Shown here piece by piece: positions 1 to 8,853 of a DNA stretch of 64,000 nt (the first letter of the stretch is position 1; every line of letters starts with the position of its first letter). Position numbers and translations under genes: made by a program. This stretch comes from Acidimicrobiales bacterium (lineage in GTDB: Bacteria > Actinomycetota > Acidimicrobiia > Acidimicrobiales > RAAP-2), in NCBI GenBank assembly GCA_030039755.1, contig JASHUY010000025.1:5158-69157 (forward strand). The letters run 5' to 3'. Below the pieces are notes generated by a model that was not told where the DNA came from, ran no database searches, and saw nothing but the letters and a program-made list of their open reading frames with translations.

Positions 1-770
1 GTCGAGAAGCTGCCGACCGAACCGGTGAGCTTGCCGGTCAGCTGGACGTTCGAGACTCCCAGCTTGCTCAAGCCTGTGGCGAGGTCACCGCTGGATTCGA
101 GCTCACCTGCGAAGCTCACGCCGGAGCCCGTCACACTCACGGTCGTCCCCTGAAATCCTGTGAAGAACTGTCTGATGACGGTAAGCGCAGATGTCGTCGC
201 GGTCGCTGTGATAGGGATGGAAGACCCGCTGCTCGCCGTGGTCACCCCGAGCCACACCTGTGAGAATGTCGCCCCGACGTTGGAGCCGCTCGTTGTGAGG
301 AGTGTACCGAGGCCGACCGAGGCGAAGTCGATGTCGACGGTGAAAGTCGGCTTGGTCGAGGTACTTGTTGGCCAGCTTCCCACGACGAGGACCGTCACCG
401 ACTTGCCGAGTACCGTCGACGAGCCGTGGAGCTCCAGGGTGGTGCATGTCGCGTTCGTGGAGAACGTGAGATCTGTGACTGTCAGGCTCGGGAAGTGGGC
501 CGGCGCGACGCCGAGTGTGTACCTCGTGCTGGGTGATTCGCTGTCGAGCGTCGAGACCGCTGTGGCGCAGGTCTTCCCACTCAACGAGACCGCGCCGGAG
601 ACCCCTGTGGGCCGCAGCGTCACCTTGTAAGTTGTCGTGGCTTGGGCGCTGTTCGCGAGCGCGAGCACCGTGGCCATCGCCACTCCCACGAGCACCGCGA
701 GGATAGGCCACGCGGGGCGCCGTACCCTGACGGCAGCGAACGACAACAGACGACCCGCGCTTCGCCGCAT
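1..770 (-). CDS. secreted hypothetical protein, partial (C-terminus lies beyond window start)
   Basis: Hand translation of the minus strand from ATG (plus-strand cat 768-770) gives MRRSAGRLLSFAAVRVRRPAWPILAVLVGVAMATVLALANSAQA-TTYKVTLRP... This is a signal-peptide-like N-terminus followed by Thr/Ser/Val-rich sequence. The frame stays open to nt 1, which is why it is absent from the ORF track. Third codon positions are GC-rich. Confidence 0.5.
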   Translation of the reverse strand, partial: MRRSAGRLLSFAAVRVRRPAWPILAVLVGVAMATVLALANSAQATTTYKVTLRPTGVSGAVSLSGKTCATAVSTLDSESPSTRYTLGVAPAHFPSLTVTDLTFSTNATCTTLELHGSSTVLGKSVTVLVVGSWPTSTSTKPTFTVDIDFASVGLGTLLTTSGSNVGATFSQVWLGVTTASSGSSIPITATATTSALTVIRQFFTGFQGTTVSVTGSGVSFAGELESSGDLATGLSKLGVSNVQLTGKLTGSVGSFS

Positions 771-1007
771 GAATCCCCTCCCCTGTTCCCCAACAGTTGC
801 TGGTCTCCAGCATGCACTAAAGGTGGAGAGCTTGCAAGTGTCCGGTGGGTCGTACCGAGAGACTCACCGCGGCGGCCGTACCTCTGTGTCTCCTCCGGCC
901 CTACTTGCGCGCCTTGCGGTGCGCCTGCCGACGAGGCCCGTGCTCGTCCGGGACGGCGCGGCAGACCAGTGAAGGCGCTGCGCCGGGCGGGCTACGGTAC
1001 CCCCGGG

Positions 1008-1754
1008 ATGGCCGCAGAGATGGCAGGTACCGGCTCGTCGTCAGGGGCGGGTGACCGACGGCGCAGGGCCCGTGCCCTTGCGATTGCCGCGGCAAGCGTT
1101 GCAACGGCGTTCCTCGCCGCGTCGTCAGCCGGAGCCGCCTCGTCTTCTAGCCCCCTCGAGGTGCTTGCCCACGAGTTGCTGCGGCCCGCCGACTTCCCCG
1201 CGGGATGGAAGGTCACAGGCACACCGGCGAAGAGTTCCACGCCGGCATCGACGGGCGGTGCCGACACAAAGAACCTGTCGAAAGTTGCCGAGTGCGAGGG
1301 CGTCTCGGCGAAAGGTGTGGAGCGCAACCCGCCCAGCGCGCAGACCGAATTCTCCAAGTCCTCGGCCTTCCAGTTCGTATTCGAGACGGTGGCGATGTTC
1401 CCGTCGGCATCGGTCGCCCGGCGGGTTGTTGCCCTCTTCTCGAGTTCGAAAGCGCCGTCATGCGTCGGACCGGTCGTGGGAAGGAGCATCGCTTCAGGAA
1501 CATCGCAGACCGGGGTCACAACGTCGAAGATCTCGATTGCTCGGCTCGGATTCCGCGGGATCGGTTCGACATTCACCGCGCTCCGCCTCGGGATCCCACT
1601 CAAGGCGAACGGTGAGCAGGCTGAGGTGACGGGCGATGTCGTCGTCATCCGTTCGCGGAGTTCCGTCGCGATCATGATCTTGCTTGGCCTGCCCGAGCTA
1701 TCTCAGACCTTCGTGCACACCATTGCGGTCAAGGCCGCGAAGCGGTTGCGCTGA
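1008..1754 (+). CDS. secreted hypothetical protein with an RR-containing signal peptide
   Basis: In-frame part of ORF 642..1754. Internal ATG 1008 gives MAAEMAGTGSSSGAGDRRRRARALAIAAASVATAFLAASSAGAA... (twin-Arg, hydrophobic core, AxA). The upstream part of the ORF is Arg/Pro shadow sequence. No family recognised. Confidence 0.55.
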   Translation: MAAEMAGTGSSSGAGDRRRRARALAIAAASVATAFLAASSAGAASSSSPLEVLAHELLRPADFPAGWKVTGTPAKSSTPASTGGADTKNLSKVAECEGVSAKGVERNPPSAQTEFSKSSAFQFVFETVAMFPSASVARRVVALFSSSKAPSCVGPVVGRSIASGTSQTGVTTSKISIARLGFRGIGSTFTALRLGIPLKANGEQAEVTGDVVVIRSRSSVAIMILLGLPELSQTFVHTIAVKAAKRLR

Positions 1755-2051
1755 TCTCAGGAACTACACGATCGCCCGCGTCGACAACGCTGGTCGTCAC
1801 CACCACAGCGGAAGATCCCGGCGCCCCCAAGATCACCTCGACATCGACCGCTTACTTCACCTTCGGTAAACCGACCGCCAGCCAGAAGCTCACCATCGTG
1901 GTGGGCTTCGCTCCGGTGTTCGTGAACCCGGGCTTTGCCAGATTCGTAGTCGGCCGGCATGGGCGGAAACGGCACCGCGACTATTTCAGGGACCCCTCGT
2001 GCCGGAACGGAGGGCACGTACGACATCCGCGTCGCGCTCACGGTGACATGA
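1755..2051 (+). pseudogene. possible decayed fragment of an Ig-like (putative-Ig/He_PIG-type) surface protein
   Basis: Two frames carry protein-like text separated by a stop or frameshift. The first reads ...TTLVVTTTAEDPGAPKITSTSTAYFTFGKPTASQKLTIVVGFAPVF... The second starts at ATG 1959 and reads MGGNGTATISGTPRAGTEGTYDIRVALTVT*. The second resembles the tGtisGtP..aGtY.v.v motif of putative-Ig domains, which is also present in CDS 6271..7851. Confidence 0.25.
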
Positions 2052-2066
2052 CGGCCAGGGCAGTCG

Positions 2067-2420
2067 CTACAGCGAGTCGAGCAACGTGGAGAACCTGCCC
2101 ATCACCTCGGCCAGGGCCTGGCCCGTCACGAAGCGCCTGAACCCGAAATCGTGGAGGAGGATCTCGCCCCGCGCGACGATCGTCAAGAACCCCTCCGATC
2201 TGACGAGCGCCTCCATTTGCTCGACGGTTCCGTAGTAGCGAACCGCCCCTCCTGGTCCATTCCCCGAGGGCTCGAACAGAATGGCGTCCCACCGTTCGAC
2301 AGTACCGTTCGCCACGAGATCGTCGTTCAAAGTCACCGCGTGGAGAAAAAGCTCGGTCGCCTGTTTCTCTCTCCCGAGCTTGGGCTCCCCCCAAGTGACC
2401 GAGACACCGTAGTCGCCCAC
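2067..2420 (-). CDS. hypothetical protein (117 aa)
   Basis: ORF-track entry with balanced, non-repetitive composition (MGDYGVSVTWGEPKLGREKQATELFLHAVTLNDDLV...), unlike the surrounding Arg/Pro shadow ORFs. No family recognised. Confidence 0.5.
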   Translation of the reverse strand: MGDYGVSVTWGEPKLGREKQATELFLHAVTLNDDLVANGTVERWDAILFEPSGNGPGGAVRYYGTVEQMEALVRSEGFLTIVARGEILLHDFGFRRFVTGQALAEVMGRFSTLLDSL

Positions 2421-3024
2421 GACGGCCCCCTTTCGTCTGCCTTCGCAACGCGTCGATCATAGACGGGGGGAGGTCCTCGAGAAAGGGGAAGCCGTGTCCG
2501 CGCGTCCAGAACGGAATCCGGCGTCGCTGACCCGCTCTCGCAGTCCGGGTCGTGTGGGTGATGCCGCAGCGCCTTGTCCGGGCTTCCGTGCAGAACCTCC
2601 TGTAGTGACGCTGTTCACACGTCACGTTGATGTCTTGGTGGTCACGCGGCCGTGAAGTGATCCCCGCCGTGGCCACCTTAGAAGGTGGTCCCGGCGAAGA
2701 ACCCACTCAACGGAGCACGCAGCTCCGGCCCGCACATACCCGTTGCGGGCTTACGTAGGCGAAAGCACTCTGCGACAGCGTCCGTTCGCTTGTTTGCGCT
2801 GGCGCCTGCGGGGATATCACGTTGTCGTGATGGAGCTCGCGGGACCGCCCCAGCCGCGACGACGCGTGCCTTCGTCATCGGGCTGCTGCAGAAGTTAACC
2901 CCGCGACAACCTGGCCGCCGCGAGGTTGTCACGCCAGGTTTACCGAGCGGCGCGACGGTGGGCTTCGACGGGTTGGACCGGTGCCTCGGGACCGGGGCTC
3001 CGTACGACGGAGTGGAGGGTAACC

Positions 3025-4473
3025 ATGGCGCAGATCAGCCGTCGTCAGTTCCTCACCTCGGCTGGCGGACTGGTCTTGGCATCCGCCGTGATGCCTCGCT
3101 ACCTCAGGAACGCCCTGGCATCGGGCTCGTTCCCATCCCCGGGGCGCCCGAGCGGCACAGTGATCAGTCAGATCAAGCACGTCGTCGTGTTGATGCAGGA
3201 AAACCGGTCGTTCGATCACTACTTCGGCGCCATGCCGGGCGTGGTCGGCTTCGCCGACAAGTCCGTGACACCGAAGGTCTTCAAACAGCCCGATCCAAAA
3301 AACCTTGACGGATACCTTCTGCCGTTCCACGCCACAACGCACACCACGAGCGCTCAAGCCTTGCCCTCGAACACACACGACTGGGGCCCGCAGCATGAAT
3401 CGTGGAACACAGGCGCGATGACACAGTTCATCACTTCCCGCCTGACGACCTACGCAAAGAATGACGCCCAGTACTCCATGGCGTACTTCACCCAGGACGA
3501 CATCCCGTTCCACTGGGCCCTCGCCAACGCTTTCACCATCTGCGACGGCTATCACTGCTCGGTGCTCGGCCCGACGTGGCCGAACCGGCTCTACCTCATG
3601 ACCGGGACCATCGATCCGACAGGTAAGGACGGTGGACCGGCGTACTACAACGGCGTGCCCGAGTCCGGGTGGAGTTGGCAGACCTACCCTGAGATGCTCA
3701 CGGCGAAGACAGTGAGTTGGCGCGTCTACCAGGAGAACGACAACTACGGGCTGAACATGCTCGAGTACTTCAACCAGTACCAGGCCGCATCTCCCAGCTC
3801 TCCGCTCTACCAGAACGCCCTGCGCTTCTATCCCGCCGGCCAGTTCGAGCACGACGCGGCGCACGACAAGCTTCCGACGGTGTCGTGGATCCTTCCGACC
3901 TCGTACCAATCCGAGCACCCCGACTACATGCCCGCAGCCGGGGCGGACTTCATTGCCAGCAAGATCAATGCCATCGCATCGAACCCCGACGTCTGGTCGT
4001 CGACCGTCTTCATCCTCGTCTACGACGAGAACGACGGGTTGTTCGATCACGTCACGCCACCGACGGCGCCGAAAACAACCCCCACAGAATACATCACGGT
4101 GGACACAAAGGATTGGCCCACCGGCCCGATCGGCCTCGGTTTCCGGGTCCCGGGCATCGTGGTGTCGCCGTGGACCGTCGGTGGCTACGTGTCCCACGGC
4201 ACGTTCGACCATACGTCGGTCATCCAGTTGATCGAACGGGTCACTGGAGTCATGAACCCGAACATCAGCACATGGCGGCGCAAAACCGTGGGTGATTTCA
4301 CGACATTGCTCGGTTGTCAGGTCGGACGGTTCCCACTGCTCCCGCCGACCGCTGCCAATCTCGAGATCGCAGAGCAAGAAGTGCGTCGATTCCAGCTCCC
4401 GCCGATCCCGGGAGCCGACCAGTCGTTCCCATTGCAGGGGGCTGGACAGAAGCACTTGGTGGAGACGTGCTGA
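3025..4473 (+). CDS. phosphoesterase-family phospholipase C / acid phosphatase (PlcN/AcpA-like), Tat-exported
   Basis: Lies in ORF 2926..4473, with ATG 3025 preceded by GGAGGG. The N-terminus MAQISRRQFLTSAGGLVLASAV is a Tat signal. QIKHVVVLMQENRSFDHYFG is the hallmark N-terminal motif of the phosphoesterase (PF04185-type) family. Confidence 0.85.
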   Translation: MAQISRRQFLTSAGGLVLASAVMPRYLRNALASGSFPSPGRPSGTVISQIKHVVVLMQENRSFDHYFGAMPGVVGFADKSVTPKVFKQPDPKNLDGYLLPFHATTHTTSAQALPSNTHDWGPQHESWNTGAMTQFITSRLTTYAKNDAQYSMAYFTQDDIPFHWALANAFTICDGYHCSVLGPTWPNRLYLMTGTIDPTGKDGGPAYYNGVPESGWSWQTYPEMLTAKTVSWRVYQENDNYGLNMLEYFNQYQAASPSSPLYQNALRFYPAGQFEHDAAHDKLPTVSWILPTSYQSEHPDYMPAAGADFIASKINAIASNPDVWSSTVFILVYDENDGLFDHVTPPTAPKTTPTEYITVDTKDWPTGPIGLGFRVPGIVVSPWTVGGYVSHGTFDHTSVIQLIERVTGVMNPNISTWRRKTVGDFTTLLGCQVGRFPLLPPTAANLEIAEQEVRRFQLPPIPGADQSFPLQGAGQKHLVETC

Positions 4474-4519
4474 TGTCCTGTGATTTCGTTGGCAGCGTCA
4501 GGTCGAGGAGGGTATCTCG

Positions 4520-5890
4520 ATGATCAGGAAACGGACGCGACACGCCGATCTGAGGGTGGGAGCGACGAGTCGACCACGAGGTCGACGTCGGTTTGCTCCC
4601 TCATGGCTCGCTGTCAGCGCACTCGTCGTCGCGACCGCCACTGCCGGGGTCGTCGGTGGCGTCGAAGCGAGCGGCACTGGAAGTGGAAGCAAGAGCGCAG
4701 CACCACGAGCAGGAGCGAGCGCCGTCCACAGCCGCCTTCTTTCCTCTGAGTGCAGCGGTCCTACAGGGACACTATTCGTCGCCCAAGCGGGCTACGACTC
4801 AGTCGGGTGGATCAAGACTGAGGACTGCACATACGTGACAACATACAACGTCGGCGATACAGCCGTATCGAACCTACCGGCGGCCACAGGTAGAGACGTC
4901 AACTACAACTCGGCTGTCGAGGCACTGGCGGTCGTCGGGGATCACGTGTACACCGCTGACCCCGGGAACAGCACGGTGGCTGTCGTACCCATCGCGACAC
5001 TGCGCCGCGGGTATCCGTACTACACACCAGCGACACAGGTCCTGATCACAGTCGGGCTGTTCCCTGAGGACCTCGCCGCCACGCCCGACGGCTCTCAGGT
5101 ATGGGTCGCCGACACGGGTCCCGAAACTGGGACAAACGGTGAGACATCCGGCTTTCCCGGAGCTCCTGGCGGGCAGGCCGGATCTCCGGGGCCGGGAGGC
5201 GGCGGGACAATCCCGTTCACGGCGCTGTCGGTGATCACAACGACCAGCAACAAGGTCGTGGGGACGATCCAGCTCGACTCAGCGCCGCAGCAGATCGCGT
5301 TCACACCGACAGGCAACACCGCCTACGTCACGACGCAGACCGGCCTCGTGGCCATCGACGTCGCGAGTAGGAGGATCGTCGGGAACCTGAACGGGCTGGA
5401 TGACCCTCACGGTGTGGTGGTCTCCCCGGACGGGACGGAGATCTACGTGACCGACGCAGGCAGCGGGACGGTGTCGGTGATCGACGCCAGCACTCTGCGG
5501 GTGACGACGACAATCTCCGTCGGCCAGCTGCCCTGGACGGTCATCCTCACCAAGGCTGGAACAACCGCCTACGTCGCCAATCCGGACTCTGACACCGTAT
5601 CGGTGATCGACACGACGACTGAAGAGGTCGTGGGGACCATCCCGGTTTCCGGGGACCCCGAGCCACTCGCCCTGTCCACAACAGGGACAACTCCTCGCCT
5701 ATGGGTCGGCAAAGCGGCCTTCGCGGAAGTGGAAGTCATCGACACCAAGACAGGCGCGGACACCGACGTCGGCACAATCATCCTCTATTACGAACAAAAA
5801 GCGCAGAAGGGGGACGGTCGCGAACCTACCGGTCTGGCGTTCGTCCCAGCGACATCCTCCAGTGGAGGAAGCGAGACGACCTCCTCCTGA
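4520..5890 (+). CDS. secreted YVTN-type beta-propeller repeat protein
   Basis: AGGAGG lies upstream of ATG 4520. The N-terminus has a hydrophobic anchor or signal (WLAVSALVVATATAGVVGG). About 42-aa units recur, for example GVVVSPDGTEIYVTDAGSGTVSVIDASTLRV and AYVANPDSDTVSVIDTTTEEVVGTI, which is typical of YVTN repeats. Confidence 0.8.
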   Translation: MIRKRTRHADLRVGATSRPRGRRRFAPSWLAVSALVVATATAGVVGGVEASGTGSGSKSAAPRAGASAVHSRLLSSECSGPTGTLFVAQAGYDSVGWIKTEDCTYVTTYNVGDTAVSNLPAATGRDVNYNSAVEALAVVGDHVYTADPGNSTVAVVPIATLRRGYPYYTPATQVLITVGLFPEDLAATPDGSQVWVADTGPETGTNGETSGFPGAPGGQAGSPGPGGGGTIPFTALSVITTTSNKVVGTIQLDSAPQQIAFTPTGNTAYVTTQTGLVAIDVASRRIVGNLNGLDDPHGVVVSPDGTEIYVTDAGSGTVSVIDASTLRVTTTISVGQLPWTVILTKAGTTAYVANPDSDTVSVIDTTTEEVVGTIPVSGDPEPLALSTTGTTPRLWVGKAAFAEVEVIDTKTGADTDVGTIILYYEQKAQKGDGREPTGLAFVPATSSSGGSETTSS

Positions 5891-6270
5891 ACGGCAGCGC
5901 CCACCTGGCCCCGGCATGTGCCCGCGCCGTAACTTGAGCAAACCACGGTGAGGATGAGGCGGCTCATCCCCTCTCCCAAGTTCCCGCTTGCGCGACGATG
6001 AAGACGATGCGCGCACGTAGGAGCCTCTGAGCACTCCGAGCTCTTCGCCCGCCGCTGTGCTGGCCTCGAGCCCTCGCGGCCGTGCTCTCCCGGCTCGATG
6101 CTGCCGGTGTGCCGACCTCAGATGAAGCTTCCAGAGGCAGCCAGCAGCCATGCTCCGGGGGGTCGACCGCTGCGGTTTTCGCTGGAATCGAGGTTCCCCG
6201 ACGCGGCAGGGACCGGTGGTGGCATAGTGCGGACGGCGGCAGCAGTGATCTCGCGGGGAGGATCGGTGGA

Positions 6271-7851
6271 GTGAAGAGGCGACTGCACCTTTTGGTTGGA
6301 GTGATCGGTGCCCTGGTGATCCTCATGGAAGTGAACGGCGCCTTCGGCGGCTCTCCTGTCACGGGCAACGTTATCGCTACTGTTGGCTTGTTGACTCCTC
6401 TGACGGAGTCTGCACCACTCTCGATTTCGACGTGGCTGCCAGACGCACCCTGGGGTGCGACGTACAGTGCCTCGATTCAGGTGACCGGGGGGACGCCGCC
6501 GTACAAGTTCACCAAGATCGGCGCTTACTCCACAAAGTTTCGGCTCACAGCCAAAAGGGGGCAGCTCACGGGAATCACGAAAAACGTGACCGAGGGTCAC
6601 AGCACGATCTTTAGAGTCCTGGTGCAGGACTCCTCGGCCTCGCCGCCAGCGTCCAAGAACGTCACGCTCCATCTCAAAGTCGCCCCTCCTACGAATGTGC
6701 AGACCGCCTACGCCTACTTGGTAAGGACAAGGCACCTCACCCAGGCTCAGGCCGCTGGGCTGATCGGTAACTTGCAGGTGGAGTCGGGTAACTACATGAC
6801 ACCGAAGAAGAGGCAAACACGTTGCAAGGGCGTAAATTGCGGACGCGGCATCGGGCAGTGGGATCAGAGCAGATGGGCAAAGCTGGTACGACTGGCCACG
6901 AGTGAGGGTAAGACACCTTGGACGCTTGGCGTGCAACTGGACTTCGTCTGGCAGGAGTTAAGTAGCACTACAACATTATTCTATGGCAAATTATCCAATA
7001 CGACACCAACGACTGGGAAGTCTTTCGGCAAGTCCCGCACGGGCAAATTAGTTCTCAGGTGGGTACCCATATACAAGAAGGTCGTCAACAAGGAGACTGG
7101 AGAAAGTACGAACGAAAAGCAGTCCGTTCTCTCCGTCCTGAAGACAACTTGCAAAGACAAGATGGACACGGTCTCTTGTTCGACGACGTTTCTCTTGCAA
7201 CAGTACGAAAAGGCGGGAGTTCCGCATCTCGCCAACCGCATCGCGTATGCGACGCAGATCTTGAACTACAAAGCAACGACGCCATGTTCGGCTGGCATGG
7301 GCACGACCACCACGACCACCACCCTTCCAACCACAACCCCGACGACACCCACTCCTAATCCTGGCCCTCCCAAGTGTGTGGGAGTGACGTGCCCGGAAGG
7401 AAACGTCAGACTGGACATCTACTTCTTTGGTGATGGAGACGGCACGGTGACCGTGACGCCGCCAGGACGCACGTACAACAGCTCAGTCGTTGGGACATTC
7501 CACGTGGCCGTCGGCGCGACGTTTGTGGTGGTGCTTCGGCCGCAGCCGGCAGCGGGCGCGTACTTCGACGGCTTCCAAAGCGGCGGCTACTGCGGGTCGG
7601 TCCCCGTCACAGGGTATTACGTGTCCTACCGATGCAAGGTCGTCGCGACGTCGACTCCGCAGGCTGATGAAGTCGCGTACCCCACAATCACAGTCGGCCT
7701 GGACTTCGACACCTGCCCGCCCGCTGGCTCCTACGAGGACGGACAGGGCGGGATCAGCCAGGGCGCCGACGTGTGCTCCGGCGTAAGTGTCCTGGGTGTG
7801 CCCACAACGCCGTCGCAGGGAGGGGCCACGACAGGTGGCGTGGTGGGCTAG
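6271..7851 (+). CDS. secreted protein: Ig-like domain, phage-tail-lysozyme-like domain, Thr-rich linker and C-terminal Cys-containing domain
   Basis: Lies in ORF 6082..7851. GTG 6271, after GGGGAGGA, gives VKRRLHLLVGVIGALVILMEV (signal or TM segment). YSASIQVTGGTPPYKF is a putative-Ig motif. LIGNLQVESGNYMTP...GRGIGQWDQSRWAKLVRLA...QLDFVWQEL matches the phage tail lysozyme signature. TTTTTTLPTTTPTTPTPNPGPP forms a linker. Confidence 0.7.
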   Translation: MKRRLHLLVGVIGALVILMEVNGAFGGSPVTGNVIATVGLLTPLTESAPLSISTWLPDAPWGATYSASIQVTGGTPPYKFTKIGAYSTKFRLTAKRGQLTGITKNVTEGHSTIFRVLVQDSSASPPASKNVTLHLKVAPPTNVQTAYAYLVRTRHLTQAQAAGLIGNLQVESGNYMTPKKRQTRCKGVNCGRGIGQWDQSRWAKLVRLATSEGKTPWTLGVQLDFVWQELSSTTTLFYGKLSNTTPTTGKSFGKSRTGKLVLRWVPIYKKVVNKETGESTNEKQSVLSVLKTTCKDKMDTVSCSTTFLLQQYEKAGVPHLANRIAYATQILNYKATTPCSAGMGTTTTTTTLPTTTPTTPTPNPGPPKCVGVTCPEGNVRLDIYFFGDGDGTVTVTPPGRTYNSSVVGTFHVAVGATFVVVLRPQPAAGAYFDGFQSGGYCGSVPVTGYYVSYRCKVVATSTPQADEVAYPTITVGLDFDTCPPAGSYEDGQGGISQGADVCSGVSVLGVPTTPSQGGATTGGVVG

Positions 7852-8353
7852 TCGGAGTTTCCGGGATAGCCCCTGACCAGACGCGCTCGACCCCGCCTGA
7901 GGAACTTCCTTCCAGAAATTCGCGTGACCAGTGCATTTGTCCACCTCGAGTGCTCGCGACGGTCCCTCAATTCCATGGGTGTAGCCGATTTGTCGGCTCG
8001 ACTGAGCAGTTGGAACGACATGGCGGCTACTTCGGACCACTTTGAGCAGCTATAGCTCGCGACCTCAGCACCGCCAGCACCGCTAGTGAGGCGACGAGCA
8101 CCGCCACGGTACGTCGGTGCGGGGCTGGGGCGGCGGCGGTGAGGGGCGCACGAATTGCTCGTTCCGGTGATGTCGAGGCCACAGCGGTAGGGGGCGCAGC
8201 CCCGCTCCACGACAATCACGAGGTTGGCAAAGAGTTGAGCCTCGATAGGGGACGACGTGGCGTCGCCATCGGAAGATGCGTCCGGGAAGGATGGCACTTC
8301 GTCACCAAGGCGGAGACCAAGAATCGCTCCACGAGGGGGAAGGAGGACGTGGG

Positions 8354-8605
8354 ATGCCTCTCTACGACGAGAACCTTCGGACAAGGTACGCAGAGGACCG
8401 AGAGTATCTCGAACGTCTTATGGACCTTGAAGACCTACTTGAAGCGACACTCAGCGGGTTTGCCGTCACATCTGCTCTTCGCTCAGACGACCCAGACGGG
8501 AAGCTCGGCACAGTGGTGAACGCGCATCGAGTTGGACGCACCCGGCAGATCGGTCACAAGCGGCGAACGAACCCCACGAGCCGGCGCGCGCTGTCCGCAT
8601 ACTGA
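8354..8605 (+). CDS. small hypothetical protein (83 aa)
   Basis: ATG 8354 has GGAGG about 8 nt upstream and lies inside ORF 8276..8605. The sequence MPLYDENLRTRYAEDREYLERLMDLEDLLEATL... has an acidic, helical-looking N-half and a basic tail. No family recognised. Confidence 0.35.
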   Translation: MPLYDENLRTRYAEDREYLERLMDLEDLLEATLSGFAVTSALRSDDPDGKLGTVVNAHRVGRTRQIGHKRRTNPTSRRALSAY

Positions 8606-8853
8606 GAGCGGTCGGCGCGTCGGAGCTGCATCGCGTCCGGCCTGGGAAGGATTCCGTCTTGAGGGCGGTTTCCGTTGCAACACCTCGGAAGCAGATGTCC
8701 ACTACATCTGCATCTACATCTTGTTCGTGCGGAATTGTTCCTGTGTGTCAGTTTCTTGAATCGCGACCAGCGCCGCGCGAGTCCTGCGGCTCGGACATCG
8801 TCTCTTCACGGACCCACGGGGACCGGAGCGGCGCCAGCTGTTAGCTTTGTCGC

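Noticed and set aside
8027-8215. A 62-aa TTG-initiated ORF with a C-terminal hydrophobic helix.
   Set aside because: It has no RBS, it is Ala/Pro-rich, and conservation could not be checked. It is mentioned only within the finding on the gene-poor gap.
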